Positions 1-8,626 of a stretch of 23,334 bases of DNA are shown piece by piece. Source of the stretch: Thermoproteota archaeon (GTDB lineage Archaea > Korarchaeota > Korarchaeia > Korarchaeales > Korarchaeaceae); contig JAOZFI010000047.1 in NCBI GenBank assembly GCA_027491395.1, positions 1 through 23,334 of the forward strand. The letters are read 5' to 3'. How positions within the stretch are numbered: position 1 is the first letter of the stretch; each line of letters begins with the position of its first letter. The position numbers and the translations under genes are program-made. The notes below the pieces were generated by a model. That model had not been told where the DNA came from and ran no database searches. It saw only the letters and a list, made by a program, of their open reading frames with translations.

Positions 1-588
1 AAGACCACCATCATGAAGACCATATCTGGACTCCTAATTCCCAAGTCCGGGACTATAACCTTCAAGGACCGAGATATCACTAAGGAAGAACCTCATAGGA
101 GGGTGGAGTTGGGGATAGCCCACGTTCCAGAGGGCAGACAGCTCTTCCCGAGGCTCACAGTTATGGAGAACCTGAGAGCAGCTGCCTACACTAAGAGGGC
201 TAGGGAGAAGTTTCAGGACACGCTGGAGGAGGTGTTTAACCTGTTCCCCATCCTCAGGGAGAGGAGAAATCAGCTGGCTGGCACGCTCAGCGGTGGGGAG
301 CAGCAGATGATTGCCATAGCTAGGGGACTGATACTCAGGCCAGAGATCCTAATGTTAGACGAGCCCTCGCTCGGCCTGGCGCCTAAACTCGTTATAATGA
401 TCCTTAACCTCGTCAGGAAGCTTAGGGAAGAGGGATACACCATTCTACTGGTCGAGCAGAACGTCTATCAGGCACTGAAGCTCTCCGACAAGGCCTACGT
501 CCTAGAAACCGGGAGAATAGTTAAATCCGGAACTGGTGAGGAGTTATTAAGGGACGAGGACGTGAAGAGAGCTTATCTGGGGTTGTGA
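1..588 (+). CDS. livF: Branched-chain amino acid ABC transporter ATPase (LivF-like), 5'-truncated by the window edge
   Basis: The frame is open from base 1 (KTTIMKTISGL, the end of Walker A). It has HVPEGRQLFP, LSGGEQQM, the Walker B LMLDEPSLGLAP, LLVEQN and a C-terminal AYLG, all typical of LivF. Confidence 0.93.
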   Translation, partial: KTTIMKTISGLLIPKSGTITFKDRDITKEEPHRRVELGIAHVPEGRQLFPRLTVMENLRAAAYTKRAREKFQDTLEEVFNLFPILRERRNQLAGTLSGGEQQMIAIARGLILRPEILMLDEPSLGLAPKLVIMILNLVRKLREEGYTILLVEQNVYQALKLSDKAYVLETGRIVKSGTGEELLRDEDVKRAYLGL

Positions 589-1310
589 GGATGTACGGTT
601 GGAGGGCCCGGGTCGGTCTCATAGTACCCTCCTCCAACACGACAATGGAGGAGGAGTTCAGGAGCGTACTCCCCGAGGGAGTCTCACTTCACGTGGCTAG
701 GGTCAGACTCAGGAAAGTTAATGTCGAGGAGCTCAAGAAGATGGAGGAGTACGTGGAGCTAGCCGCTGACACTCTGGCCGATGCCGGCGTTGACGTCATA
801 GCATACGGATGCACTACTGGGAGCTTGGTCGGTGGAGTGGGCTATGACGAGAGGATAGCGGATAAGATAGAGAGGATGACCGGGGTTAAGGCCGTTGCTA
901 CAGCCACAGCGGTGCTGGAAGCCCTCCGCCATCTGGATGTGAAGAGCGTGGCCGTGGCCACTCCCTACATAGATGAGGTGAACAATAAGGAGGAGGAGTT
1001 CCTAGAGGGCAACGGGTTCAAGGTCGTCTCAATGATAGGTCTGGGCATAGAGGACAACATAGAGATAGGGAGACAGGCGCCTGAGGTCGCCTATAGGTTA
1101 GGGAAGGCAGCCTTCCACCACGACGCCGACGGCCTCTTCATAAGCTGCACCAACTTTAGGACGTTCGAGGTTCTAGAGGCCTTGGAGGTGGACCTAGGCA
1201 AGCCCGTGATATCCAGCAACTCCGCGACCTTATGGGCTATCCTCAGGGAGGTTGGAATCAGGGAACCGGTGGTGGGCTTAGGAGGGCTGCTGGAATTCGG
1301 CGTCAGCTGA
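585..1310 (+). CDS. Maleate cis-trans isomerase / Asp-Glu racemase family protein
   Basis: GLIVPSSNTTME, YGCTTGS, ATPY, ISCTNF and PVISSN motifs with both catalytic Cys present. GTGA overlap with livF; the ATG at 591 is an alternative start. Confidence 0.88.
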   Translation: MRMYGWRARVGLIVPSSNTTMEEEFRSVLPEGVSLHVARVRLRKVNVEELKKMEEYVELAADTLADAGVDVIAYGCTTGSLVGGVGYDERIADKIERMTGVKAVATATAVLEALRHLDVKSVAVATPYIDEVNNKEEEFLEGNGFKVVSMIGLGIEDNIEIGRQAPEVAYRLGKAAFHHDADGLFISCTNFRTFEVLEALEVDLGKPVISSNSATLWAILREVGIREPVVGLGGLLEFGVS

Positions 1311-1380
1311 CCTTTCTCCTCAAATTTTTCCGAATCACCATGTTTTACAGCCATATACCGACCGCTTTTTCAACTTTTTG
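1311..1380 (+). terminator. Probable oligo-T archaeal terminator region
   Basis: Several T5 runs (TTTTTCC, CTTTTTC, CTTTTTG) follow the stop codon, between convergent genes. Confidence 0.4.
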
Positions 1381-1410
1381 TGAACCTCGTGAGTAGTCTT
1401 AAATTGAGGT

Positions 1411-2565
1411 TCAGGTTATCCTCATAGATTGAATTGATGAAATAGCCATGTATACGCCCACAAAAGCTAGACAGGCTGCTGAGAATCCGAAGGCTGCAGA
1501 GTAACTGAACGCTGCTATAAGCGCACCAGTCACTAGTGGTGCAGGCAGCCTAGAGAAAGATATTGCTGTTGAGAGGAACGCCACTGCGTCCTGCGGATTT
1601 TCAGGGGCCATCTCAGACACAGTGGCAGTAGCTATAGGAGCGTAGCTCGACATACCCAACCCCAGAAGGAAGGCTGAGATGAGGAAGCCAGGTATGCCCG
1701 CTTTCGGCACGATGTAGACCGCTATCCCAGAGACCATGAAGAGCTCTGATAGAGCGAGGACCGATCTCTTGTCCTTCACCCTGTCCGAGAGCCATCCCAC
1801 AGGTATTCCGGCCAAGGTTGATGTCAGGGTCTCGATGACCGCAGCCATGGCCACGTGCTCCACGCCAGCTCCGAAAATTACAGGGGCCATAACCAAGTGG
1901 AACGGTAGAAAGGAGTTCCTCGCGAAGTTATTGACTATGGTGAGGGCCACTATCCCCTTGATTTCAGGAGTGAGAGATCCCTTCCAGAAGGAGATCTTCC
2001 CCTTTCCCTTAACCCCGAACTCCTTTATCATAGGAGAGATCAGCACACTGGAGATCAGCCCCAAGAACAGGCCCAGCGCGAGGACTAAGTCCCTAGTAGC
2101 CATCGCTACCAAGAGCGCGCCTGCAGCTGGTCCGAGGATGGCTCCTATCTGCCACGAGACCCTCACTGAGCTGAAGGCGGTCCCGACCTTCTCCTTGAAT
2201 AGTAGGCTGGTGACCTGATTCCTCCCCATTATGTGTAGCGCCCTGCCCATTCTTGCCAAGGCTAGAGAACCGAAGATCACGGCAGGTGATACGTCCGCCA
2301 GCAGTAGACCGGAAGAGAGGGATATACCCAGAGAGCCGATGAGAAAGGTTAGTGAGGGCGAGGCGAAGGCTGCAAAGGCCCACCTGAAGATGAACTCCAT
2401 GAGGTTGGCACCAAAGGCTATGATCCCGTAAGTAGCGGCGTCGACGCCAGCCTCCTCCACTAAGAAGGGCCATATCGGCTGGTAGAGAGAGATCGTCATC
2501 CCAGCTAGGAAGGAGCTAAGCAAGACTATGAGGAGTTCCCTCCTGATCTTCGGAATGAACTTCAC
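1411..2565 (-). CDS. MFS transporter
   Basis: 384 aa with about 12 hydrophobic segments and MFS motif A-like GWLSDRVKDKR in the second half. Confidence 0.88.
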   Translation of the reverse strand: MKFIPKIRRELLIVLLSSFLAGMTISLYQPIWPFLVEEAGVDAATYGIIAFGANLMEFIFRWAFAAFASPSLTFLIGSLGISLSSGLLLADVSPAVIFGSLALARMGRALHIMGRNQVTSLLFKEKVGTAFSSVRVSWQIGAILGPAAGALLVAMATRDLVLALGLFLGLISSVLISPMIKEFGVKGKGKISFWKGSLTPEIKGIVALTIVNNFARNSFLPFHLVMAPVIFGAGVEHVAMAAVIETLTSTLAGIPVGWLSDRVKDKRSVLALSELFMVSGIAVYIVPKAGIPGFLISAFLLGLGMSSYAPIATATVSEMAPENPQDAVAFLSTAISFSRLPAPLVTGALIAAFSYSAAFGFSAACLAFVGVYMAISSIQSMRIT

Positions 2566-2582
2566 CGTGAGAGTGGTCTCTG

Positions 2583-2600
2583 ATTTAATATCTCTTTTCC
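2583..2600 (-). promoter_or_regulatory. BRE/TATA promoter of the MFS gene (probably a leaderless mRNA)
   Basis: The minus strand reads GGAAAAGAGATATTAAAT about 20-35 nt upstream of the GTG at 2565. Confidence 0.5.
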
Positions 2601-3431
2601 CTAATGGCCACTCCCCCTGTCCTTGAGCACATCCCTACCCAGCTTGGACAGGCGTATCAGGCTTCCGGACCTAGTTCGCTCCACCTCTACGAGCCCTTTG
2701 CCCTCCAATCGCCTCACCCTCCTCCAAGCAGTGGTCTTAGGGAGTGATAGCTCTTCCCTTATGGTGGAGAGGCTCTTCTCACCCTCCACAAGTGAATTAA
2801 GGATCCTCACATCCATTGAATCCAGCTCGAACTTATTGCCACGGGACCTGCTGTTCAAGAGAATAAGGACAACAGCTAGAGCCGGCAATATGGCCAATAG
2901 GTAATACGGGAGGTTATCTCTCCCCCTGTCCTCCCTAGGAGGGTTCGCATAGACATACTCTATGGTGAAAGGAGGTTCTATAGTCAGTTCCAAGTAGGAG
3001 GGCCCCTCCCGTATGGAAACGGGGGTCTTGGAGAGTCCTACTACATCGGGATGTCCCATCAATCTGACTGATATTAGCGAGTACGATGTGGCGGATACGT
3101 TCAGGCTCCAGACTAGTCCCCTCTTATAGGTCAGGCTCTGGGTCTCGTAAGTCACATTGATCTCGTCGGCCACCTCGGCATCCACTATGATCTTGTCACC
3201 GTTCAGCGTGTAGTTGAGGGGGAGGTCCCCCTCGTCCACGACAGATAGAAGGGTGGGCTGCCCCAAAAGCGGTATCTCGACTATAGGATCCTGAACAGGC
3301 GCTCTGATGCTGACGGTACACCACCCATCTGGGTATACCTCTATTACCGCGTTTGTCGGGCCTCCCACAGCTGTGATCAGCGTTACTATAAATACTGTTG
3401 CGAGTAGTGATGATGAGAGACCCCGTCTCAT
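2601..3431 (-). CDS. Membrane-anchored transcriptional regulator (signal/TM, extracellular beta domain, TM, C-terminal wHTH; COG2512-like)
   Basis: N-terminal hydrophobic segment, second TM YYLLAILPALAVVLILL, then the winged HTH LDSMDVRILNSL...LSTIREELSLPKTTAWRRVRRLEGKGLVEVER. Confidence 0.85.
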   Translation of the reverse strand: MRRGLSSSLLATVFIVTLITAVGGPTNAVIEVYPDGWCTVSIRAPVQDPIVEIPLLGQPTLLSVVDEGDLPLNYTLNGDKIIVDAEVADEINVTYETQSLTYKRGLVWSLNVSATSYSLISVRLMGHPDVVGLSKTPVSIREGPSYLELTIEPPFTIEYVYANPPREDRGRDNLPYYLLAILPALAVVLILLNSRSRGNKFELDSMDVRILNSLVEGEKSLSTIREELSLPKTTAWRRVRRLEGKGLVEVERTRSGSLIRLSKLGRDVLKDRGSGH

Positions 3432-3467
3432 CGGGATGTCCCTCCGGGAGAAGGAAAAAATATGTGG

Positions 3468-4340
3468 TCAGGTGCCTAGCCTGCGACAGACCCTGAGATA
3501 CCTGAAAAGCTGCCTGACATCTTCCAGTGCTAGGAACCTCTGGCCATTCTCGATGTGCCTCTTCAGAGAAAGTAGGGTTCTTTCGATGCTATTCTTCAGT
3601 TTCAGTACTTTCTCAGCGTCTTCCGTCTTGTTCTCCCTCAACAGCTTCTTGTATATCAGATCAAGCCTGACGATGCATCTCTCGGAGGCCCTCTCGATTT
3701 TCTTTACCCTGTTGAGGACTTTCTCCTTTGTTAAGTTGAGATGCTCTTTAGCAGCTCCCCTCACATCGCTGTAGAGAGATCTCAAGCCGTTAGCTGCTTC
3801 TTCTATTTTCTCACGGGCTTCCTCTAAATCTCCTGACTTGAGGAGCGATTTGGCATCTTCCAAGAGCGACTTAACCTCTTCCAATTGGGAAGTAAAGTTC
3901 GTGGTGTTCACTCCCCTGTTCTCCAAGGCTTGTATCACTCTCTCAACCCTAATTACTGCCCTGCTCAGTCTCCCAATGGCCATTCTGAGCCTTCCTCCCT
4001 CCCTTATTGCATCGACATCCTTTATATCCCTCAGCGCATCTCTTATCACTGAAAGGGCCTCTCTAGCCTTTTCGACCGCAGATTCGTAATCCCCAGAGGA
4101 AAGAAGTGTATTAGCTTCCTCGATCAGTGGATCGGCCCTAGCTAAGGCATCTTCAACCTTACTGGCTGTCTCGTCGTTTAGGTTATCTATTATGCTCTGG
4201 AGAAAGGACTTGACGTTACCGTACGACTGTATCAACCTTTTAGCTAGTTCCTCGGCACCCGCTTGAGCATATACGGGGAAGGTCAGCAGAGCTATTAGCG
4301 AAATGCTGGCAAGGACTAGAATGGGCTTTTTCCACATCAT
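3468..4340 (-). CDS. Secreted all-helical/coiled-coil hypothetical protein with an internal repeat
   Basis: Signal peptide (KKP, hydrophobic core, VYA|Q). Repeats LIEEANTLLSSGDYESAVEKAREA and LLEDAKSLLKSGDLEEAREKIEEA. Confidence 0.8.
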   Translation of the reverse strand: MMWKKPILVLASISLIALLTFPVYAQAGAEELAKRLIQSYGNVKSFLQSIIDNLNDETASKVEDALARADPLIEEANTLLSSGDYESAVEKAREALSVIRDALRDIKDVDAIREGGRLRMAIGRLSRAVIRVERVIQALENRGVNTTNFTSQLEEVKSLLEDAKSLLKSGDLEEAREKIEEAANGLRSLYSDVRGAAKEHLNLTKEKVLNRVKKIERASERCIVRLDLIYKKLLRENKTEDAEKVLKLKNSIERTLLSLKRHIENGQRFLALEDVRQLFRYLRVCRRLGT

Positions 4341-4380
4341 TCCGGCTCAGCCCTCTCCATTGACGAAGGAAGTGTAGATT

Positions 4381-4413
4381 AGGAATGCGCGTGGAACGGC
4401 CATGGGACGGCAT
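4381..4413. repeat. Three direct repeats at an 11-bp period (AGGAATGCGCG / TGGAACGGCCA / TGGGACGGCAT), candidate wHTH binding site
   Basis: GGRAY cores at 4382, 4393 and 4404, lying 40-70 nt upstream of the 4340 start. Confidence 0.55.
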
Positions 4414-4428
4414 CCAAGGGGACTTGCG

Positions 4429-4471
4429 GGTCACCTTTATATAATGACCGTGGGCACGCATGCAGAGGTGA
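4429..4471 (+). promoter_or_regulatory. TATA box (TTTATATAA) flanked by a GGTCA/TGACC inverted repeat, followed by SD GAGGTGA
   Basis: TTTATATAA at 4436-4444, GGTCA at 4429-4433, TGACC at 4445-4449, GAGGTGA at 4465-4471. Confidence 0.65.
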
Positions 4472-4503
4472 TCTCATGAGGGGTCTCATCGCCCTAAGGC
4501 TGG

Positions 4504-5844
4504 ATGGGGCCTTCCTTGGAGGTGTCAGCCTTTCGCACCTCCGAGGTGGTGTCCTTTGGAGAGTTAAGTGACTGCTCTTACTTTTGGAAGCCCTGCGTGG
4601 ACAGGTTAGCCAAGATCCTGTCAGGTGTAAGGGAGGAAGAGTTCTACGAACTGGCAATTCCCCGCGAGAGGTTAGACTGGCTCCCAAAGGTAAGGGGTAA
4701 GGGGGTGGTCGCCTCCCTCGGATGGGGACTGGCGCCCACGGCGTCAATACTGACTGAACCTGACTTCCTCGCCGCATCCGAACCCATCTTCAAAGCTGGG
4801 TACCTTATGGACCTGTTGAACCCTCACGACGATTTCGGTTCCTCATTAACAGCAGCTATGAGGGTTACTAGGACGCTCAAAGACAGATTGGTCGTCATAA
4901 GCGACGTGAACACCGGACTAGAGGGCGTTACTCACGTTAATCCCGGAGGAGACTTCTCAATAAGTCCTGATAGTGAGGAACTCTTTCTGCTGGCAGATAA
5001 CCTCCCCAGAGAATTGGATAGCAGATTAGAGAGCTTAGGTGAAGTTACGAGGGATTGGAACAGGTTAGACGAGGCCACGGTGGTCGTGGTCAGGACCAGC
5101 AAGGGTCTGGGACCGGAGGAGTTCGAAACGGCTAGACGCCTCAAGCTTGTGATCACAGCCACGCACGGTCTCGATCACATAGATGTGTCAGAAGCTAGAA
5201 GGAGGGCCGTTATAGTTGAGAGAGCTCCCGTGAGGGCCAGAGCTGTAGCCGAGCTCACTCTCGGCCTCATCCTAGATCTAGCCAGAGGTATCAGCTTAGG
5301 CGACAGGAGAATGCGCGAGGGAGAGTGGGCCAAGAAGAGGCTGAAGGGATTCGAGGTATCTGGGAAGAGGGTCGGCATAATATCAATGGGGATAGTTGGA
5401 TCCGAGATAGCCAGCCTGCTCAGAGCTATAGGGATGGAGGTCAGCTTCTACGACAAGTACAAGGACGGAGGGAAGCCCTTGGATGACCTACTCAGAGAGA
5501 GCGACATAGTGGTCCTGGCCTCACCCCTGACGGAGGAGACCAAGGGGATGATAGGGAGGAGGGAGCTCTCCCTCATGAAGGACAGCGCCTACCTAGTCAA
5601 CGTGGGAAGGGGAGAGCTTGTCGATTTGGAAGCCCTCATAGACTCCTTGGAGAGTGGAAAGATCGCCGGAGCGGCCCTCGATGTGTTCCCTAAGGAGCCA
5701 CCATTCGGAGAGGATGCCTATGAGAGGCTTAGTCAGCTGGACAATGTAATCCTCACACCTCACATAGGTGGGAACACGAAGGAGTCTGACAGAAGAATTG
5801 TTAGGGAGGTGCTGGGGATCCTTGACAAGTGGTTTCAAGATTAG
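4504..5844 (+). CDS. D-isomer-specific 2-hydroxyacid dehydrogenase (SerA-like) fused to an unknown N-terminal domain of about 160 aa
   Basis: GLDHID, AVAELT, GKRVGIISMGIVG (Rossmann fold), catalytic NVGRG, DVFPKEP and TPHIGG; no ACT domain. The true start may be 4476 via a frameshift. Confidence 0.85.
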   Translation: MGPSLEVSAFRTSEVVSFGELSDCSYFWKPCVDRLAKILSGVREEEFYELAIPRERLDWLPKVRGKGVVASLGWGLAPTASILTEPDFLAASEPIFKAGYLMDLLNPHDDFGSSLTAAMRVTRTLKDRLVVISDVNTGLEGVTHVNPGGDFSISPDSEELFLLADNLPRELDSRLESLGEVTRDWNRLDEATVVVVRTSKGLGPEEFETARRLKLVITATHGLDHIDVSEARRRAVIVERAPVRARAVAELTLGLILDLARGISLGDRRMREGEWAKKRLKGFEVSGKRVGIISMGIVGSEIASLLRAIGMEVSFYDKYKDGGKPLDDLLRESDIVVLASPLTEETKGMIGRRELSLMKDSAYLVNVGRGELVDLEALIDSLESGKIAGAALDVFPKEPPFGEDAYERLSQLDNVILTPHIGGNTKESDRRIVREVLGILDKWFQD

Positions 5845-6904
5845 CTTCATTCCTGGGCCAGTCAATCCCAGTCCCAGAGTAATGAGAGCGCTCAGCGAAC
5901 CGATGCCCTACCACAGGGGAGAGGAGTTCTCGAGAATGTACGAGGAGATCGTTGAGAGGGTGAAGCCCCTCTTCGGTGCTGAAGGGGATGTCGTAGTCAT
6001 CAGTGGATCCTCCACTGCTGGACTCGAGTCGGCTCTAGCGGGATTCGCGAGGGGCAGGAATGTGGTGGCTATAGTCGACGGCAAGTTCGGGGAGAGGTTA
6101 GCTGAGATATCATCCCTCTATGCTAAGGAGGTCACGATGGTCCGTTCTGAGTGGGGTAAAACACCCCCTCAGGAAGAGCTGGAAGCTTCCTTGGGAGGTG
6201 CTGACCTCTTAGCGGTCGTTCACAATGAGACATCTACGGGTATCGAGCATGACATGGATCTTATAGCGGACCTAGCGTCAGATAGAGGAGTTGATCTTGT
6301 GGTGGACGTTGTGAGCTCGATAGGAGGTATTGAGGTGAAGGGGGATAGATGGAGAGCCAAAGCCCTAGTGGGGGGAGTTCAGAAGTGTTTAGGTGCTCCA
6401 CCGGGCTTGGCACCTGTGATGGTAAGGGACTGGGAGGGTTACGGAAGAGCTCCTTACTACCTAGACCTGACGATGTACCAGAGTTCTGCTATGGGTAACC
6501 TCAGGCAGACGCCCTTCACCCCAGCACTTCCACTTTTCGCAGCTCTGAGGGCCGCGCTCCGGGAGATACACTCAGAGGGGCTGGAAGCCAGGTTCCTTAG
6601 GCATTGTAGGATGGCTGAACTCCTGAGAGAGGGATTAGAGGAACTTGGAGTGGAGCTGTTCGCGCTTCCCGGTGAATTAGGCAGGTTGTCCGATACCGTG
6701 ACCTCCTTCATGGTCCCCAATCCAGAGGTGGTTAGGAGGGAGCTGGCGAAAGGGGGCATACTAATAGCGGGAGGACAGGGTCCTCTGAGGGGAAAGATAC
6801 TTAGAGCTGCCACAATGGCCGGTGTCACGGAGGGAGACATTCAATTACTGCTGTCCCAATTGGGAGAGATTCTGAGTAAGATCACCTCAAAAGTTCCCTC
6901 CTGA
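5822..6904 (+). CDS. Class V PLP aminotransferase (serine-pyruvate / archaeal phosphoserine aminotransferase family)
   Basis: FIPGPV, MPYHRGEEF, GKFGER, VHNETSTG, VDVVSS and QKCLGAPPG (PLP Lys), QTPFTP. Start moved to the in-frame TTG at 5822 downstream of GGAGGT (5805-5810). Confidence 0.9.
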   Translation: MTSGFKISFIPGPVNPSPRVMRALSEPMPYHRGEEFSRMYEEIVERVKPLFGAEGDVVVISGSSTAGLESALAGFARGRNVVAIVDGKFGERLAEISSLYAKEVTMVRSEWGKTPPQEELEASLGGADLLAVVHNETSTGIEHDMDLIADLASDRGVDLVVDVVSSIGGIEVKGDRWRAKALVGGVQKCLGAPPGLAPVMVRDWEGYGRAPYYLDLTMYQSSAMGNLRQTPFTPALPLFAALRAALREIHSEGLEARFLRHCRMAELLREGLEELGVELFALPGELGRLSDTVTSFMVPNPEVVRRELAKGGILIAGGQGPLRGKILRAATMAGVTEGDIQLLLSQLGEILSKITSKVPS

Positions 6905-8459
6905 CCTCTTCTTTCAACCTGCCTGAGAAGGCTTCAAGTAATGAATCCACATCCATTTCAAATGTCTGCTCCTCCTCGTTCCACAAGTCAACGGGTATCT
7001 GCCAGTTGGAGGGACCTGCGACCAATAGATGCTCGACTCTTATCAGCTGATCGCTGAAGAGCGTCCTCAGGGACTTCACGAGCGTACCTAAGATCTTCTC
7101 GTTAACTAGGATGACGCTGGTTATCCCCGTAAGGGAACCTTCGGTGTAGAACATTATCGGGGAAGATACCTTGGAGAGGGCCTCTCCTATCCTCAGGAAG
7201 TCCTTGTAGGGGGCATCGAATCTAGCTAGCACCGCCTCTCCCAAACCCACTCCAGTGGGGAAGTATCCCTTAACTACTAGCCCGTTTCTCCTGTACCTAG
7301 CGAACCTCTCCGCTGCATTAGGTACGCCAATCCTTCTGAGGTAGGAACGAGAGGCCTTTCCCTGACTGTTGATCACACTGAGCGCAAGGATGTCCTTTTT
7401 ATCCAGTTTTATCGGGGGCTTGATTCCCCTGTAAACCCCCCTCCAAGTGGGAGGGGTATCCGATGCTCTGGAGTAGCCGTCAACCATGAGACCCAGTACT
7501 TCTTCAGATTGTATTTCGTCTAGAGAGTGAAGATCAAACGAAAAAAGAACCTCCTTTCCTGTTCGAAGTCCATCTCCTGATAATTTAGTAAATATCCTCT
7601 CGTATTTGAGAGGTACTAAGAAAAGAATGTAGTAAGTATTGTCCTCAGCTACATAAACATTGTAGGTAAAAGGGAATTTCTCTATGAACTTTATTTCATG
7701 AGGCCCGGGATCACTTAATTCAGTTACATAAATGGTCAGCCCCATTCTCAAAGGGAATATTGTATAAGGTCCATGAACTATGTTCCTTCCAATTAAATCC
7801 TTGAGAGCTCTTGAGATAGAAGCAAGAGAGAGCCCTGTGTATTTTGCCAAATTTTCTAGCTTGGCATCTTCAGAACGAGTGACGTAGACGAGCGATCTCA
7901 GGACCTGTAGTTCTCTCTTAGATAGCTTGATAGACGGATATCTCCTAGCTATCGAAACCAAGAGTAAATAGTCCTCTAAGCTAATATCTCGCCCTCTCTC
8001 CAGATATAGAAAATTTATAGCCTTAAGAACGCTCTTGACTACACCAATCCTTTCTCTGATATTGTAGGCCTGAAATATCTCAGGAGCGTAGTAAGGAGGG
8101 ACCGTAGGTAGTCCTACCCTCTGGGTGCACTCAGACCACCAAGATGGATCGGCGTTAGAGTATGCCCATGCCAGATCATAGATGTGGGGGAAATCAAGGG
8201 GAGGTAAAAAACGGATGAAAGCTTCCCTTTTGATTACTATCCCAATCCTATCGGGCGAGAGATCCCTACTTACGAGAAGATCGCTGCCCTCCTCCTTAAC
8301 ACCGCTCCTGAGATTTTTCTCTATCTTAACGTCTGCCAGTAAAACTCTCTTGGGAATTCTCCTCACAGGATCCATCCCCAGCTCTTTTTGGATCTTCCTA
8401 ATTTCCTCTTGGAAAAGTTTAGTCAGATCCTCATTTTTTTCATGTCTCTTCTGTTGCAC
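6882..8459 (-). CDS. Large hypothetical regulator: unknown N-terminal domain plus two tandem wHTH/Lrp-AsnC-like modules
   Basis: 525-aa ORF. HTH1 is LSKRELQVLRSL...LENLAKYTGLSLASISRALKDL followed by PLRMGL; module 2 is IKLDKKDILAL...RNGLVVKGYFPTGVGL. Confidence 0.7.
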   Translation of the reverse strand: MQQKRHEKNEDLTKLFQEEIRKIQKELGMDPVRRIPKRVLLADVKIEKNLRSGVKEEGSDLLVSRDLSPDRIGIVIKREAFIRFLPPLDFPHIYDLAWAYSNADPSWWSECTQRVGLPTVPPYYAPEIFQAYNIRERIGVVKSVLKAINFLYLERGRDISLEDYLLLVSIARRYPSIKLSKRELQVLRSLVYVTRSEDAKLENLAKYTGLSLASISRALKDLIGRNIVHGPYTIFPLRMGLTIYVTELSDPGPHEIKFIEKFPFTYNVYVAEDNTYYILFLVPLKYERIFTKLSGDGLRTGKEVLFSFDLHSLDEIQSEEVLGLMVDGYSRASDTPPTWRGVYRGIKPPIKLDKKDILALSVINSQGKASRSYLRRIGVPNAAERFARYRRNGLVVKGYFPTGVGLGEAVLARFDAPYKDFLRIGEALSKVSSPIMFYTEGSLTGITSVILVNEKILGTLVKSLRTLFSDQLIRVEHLLVAGPSNWQIPVDLWNEEEQTFEMDVDSLLEAFSGRLKEEVRRELLR

Positions 8460-8626
8460 ACTAATTAGTGTCGTTAGGGCTAATAAAGTTTTTCTTCACA
8501 TGAGATCGGTTGTAATATTACTTATTACACCAGCAATACACCCTCTTGTCGGTCTACTAAATAAAATGAGCAAGTACAGACCATATAGGTTTGGTCTACA
8601 TAAGTAGTAAAGGAGGAAGGAGGTTG

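Noticed and set aside
5768-5821. Called N-terminal extension of the aminotransferase
   Set aside because: It overlaps deeply with the dehydrogenase C-terminus; family similarity starts at KISFIPGP and TTG 5822 is more plausible.
8566-8607. Micro-ORF MSKYRPYRFGLHK (tail of ORF 8182-8607)
   Set aside because: It starts within the putative TATA region, has no SD, and is not coupled to the downstream chain.
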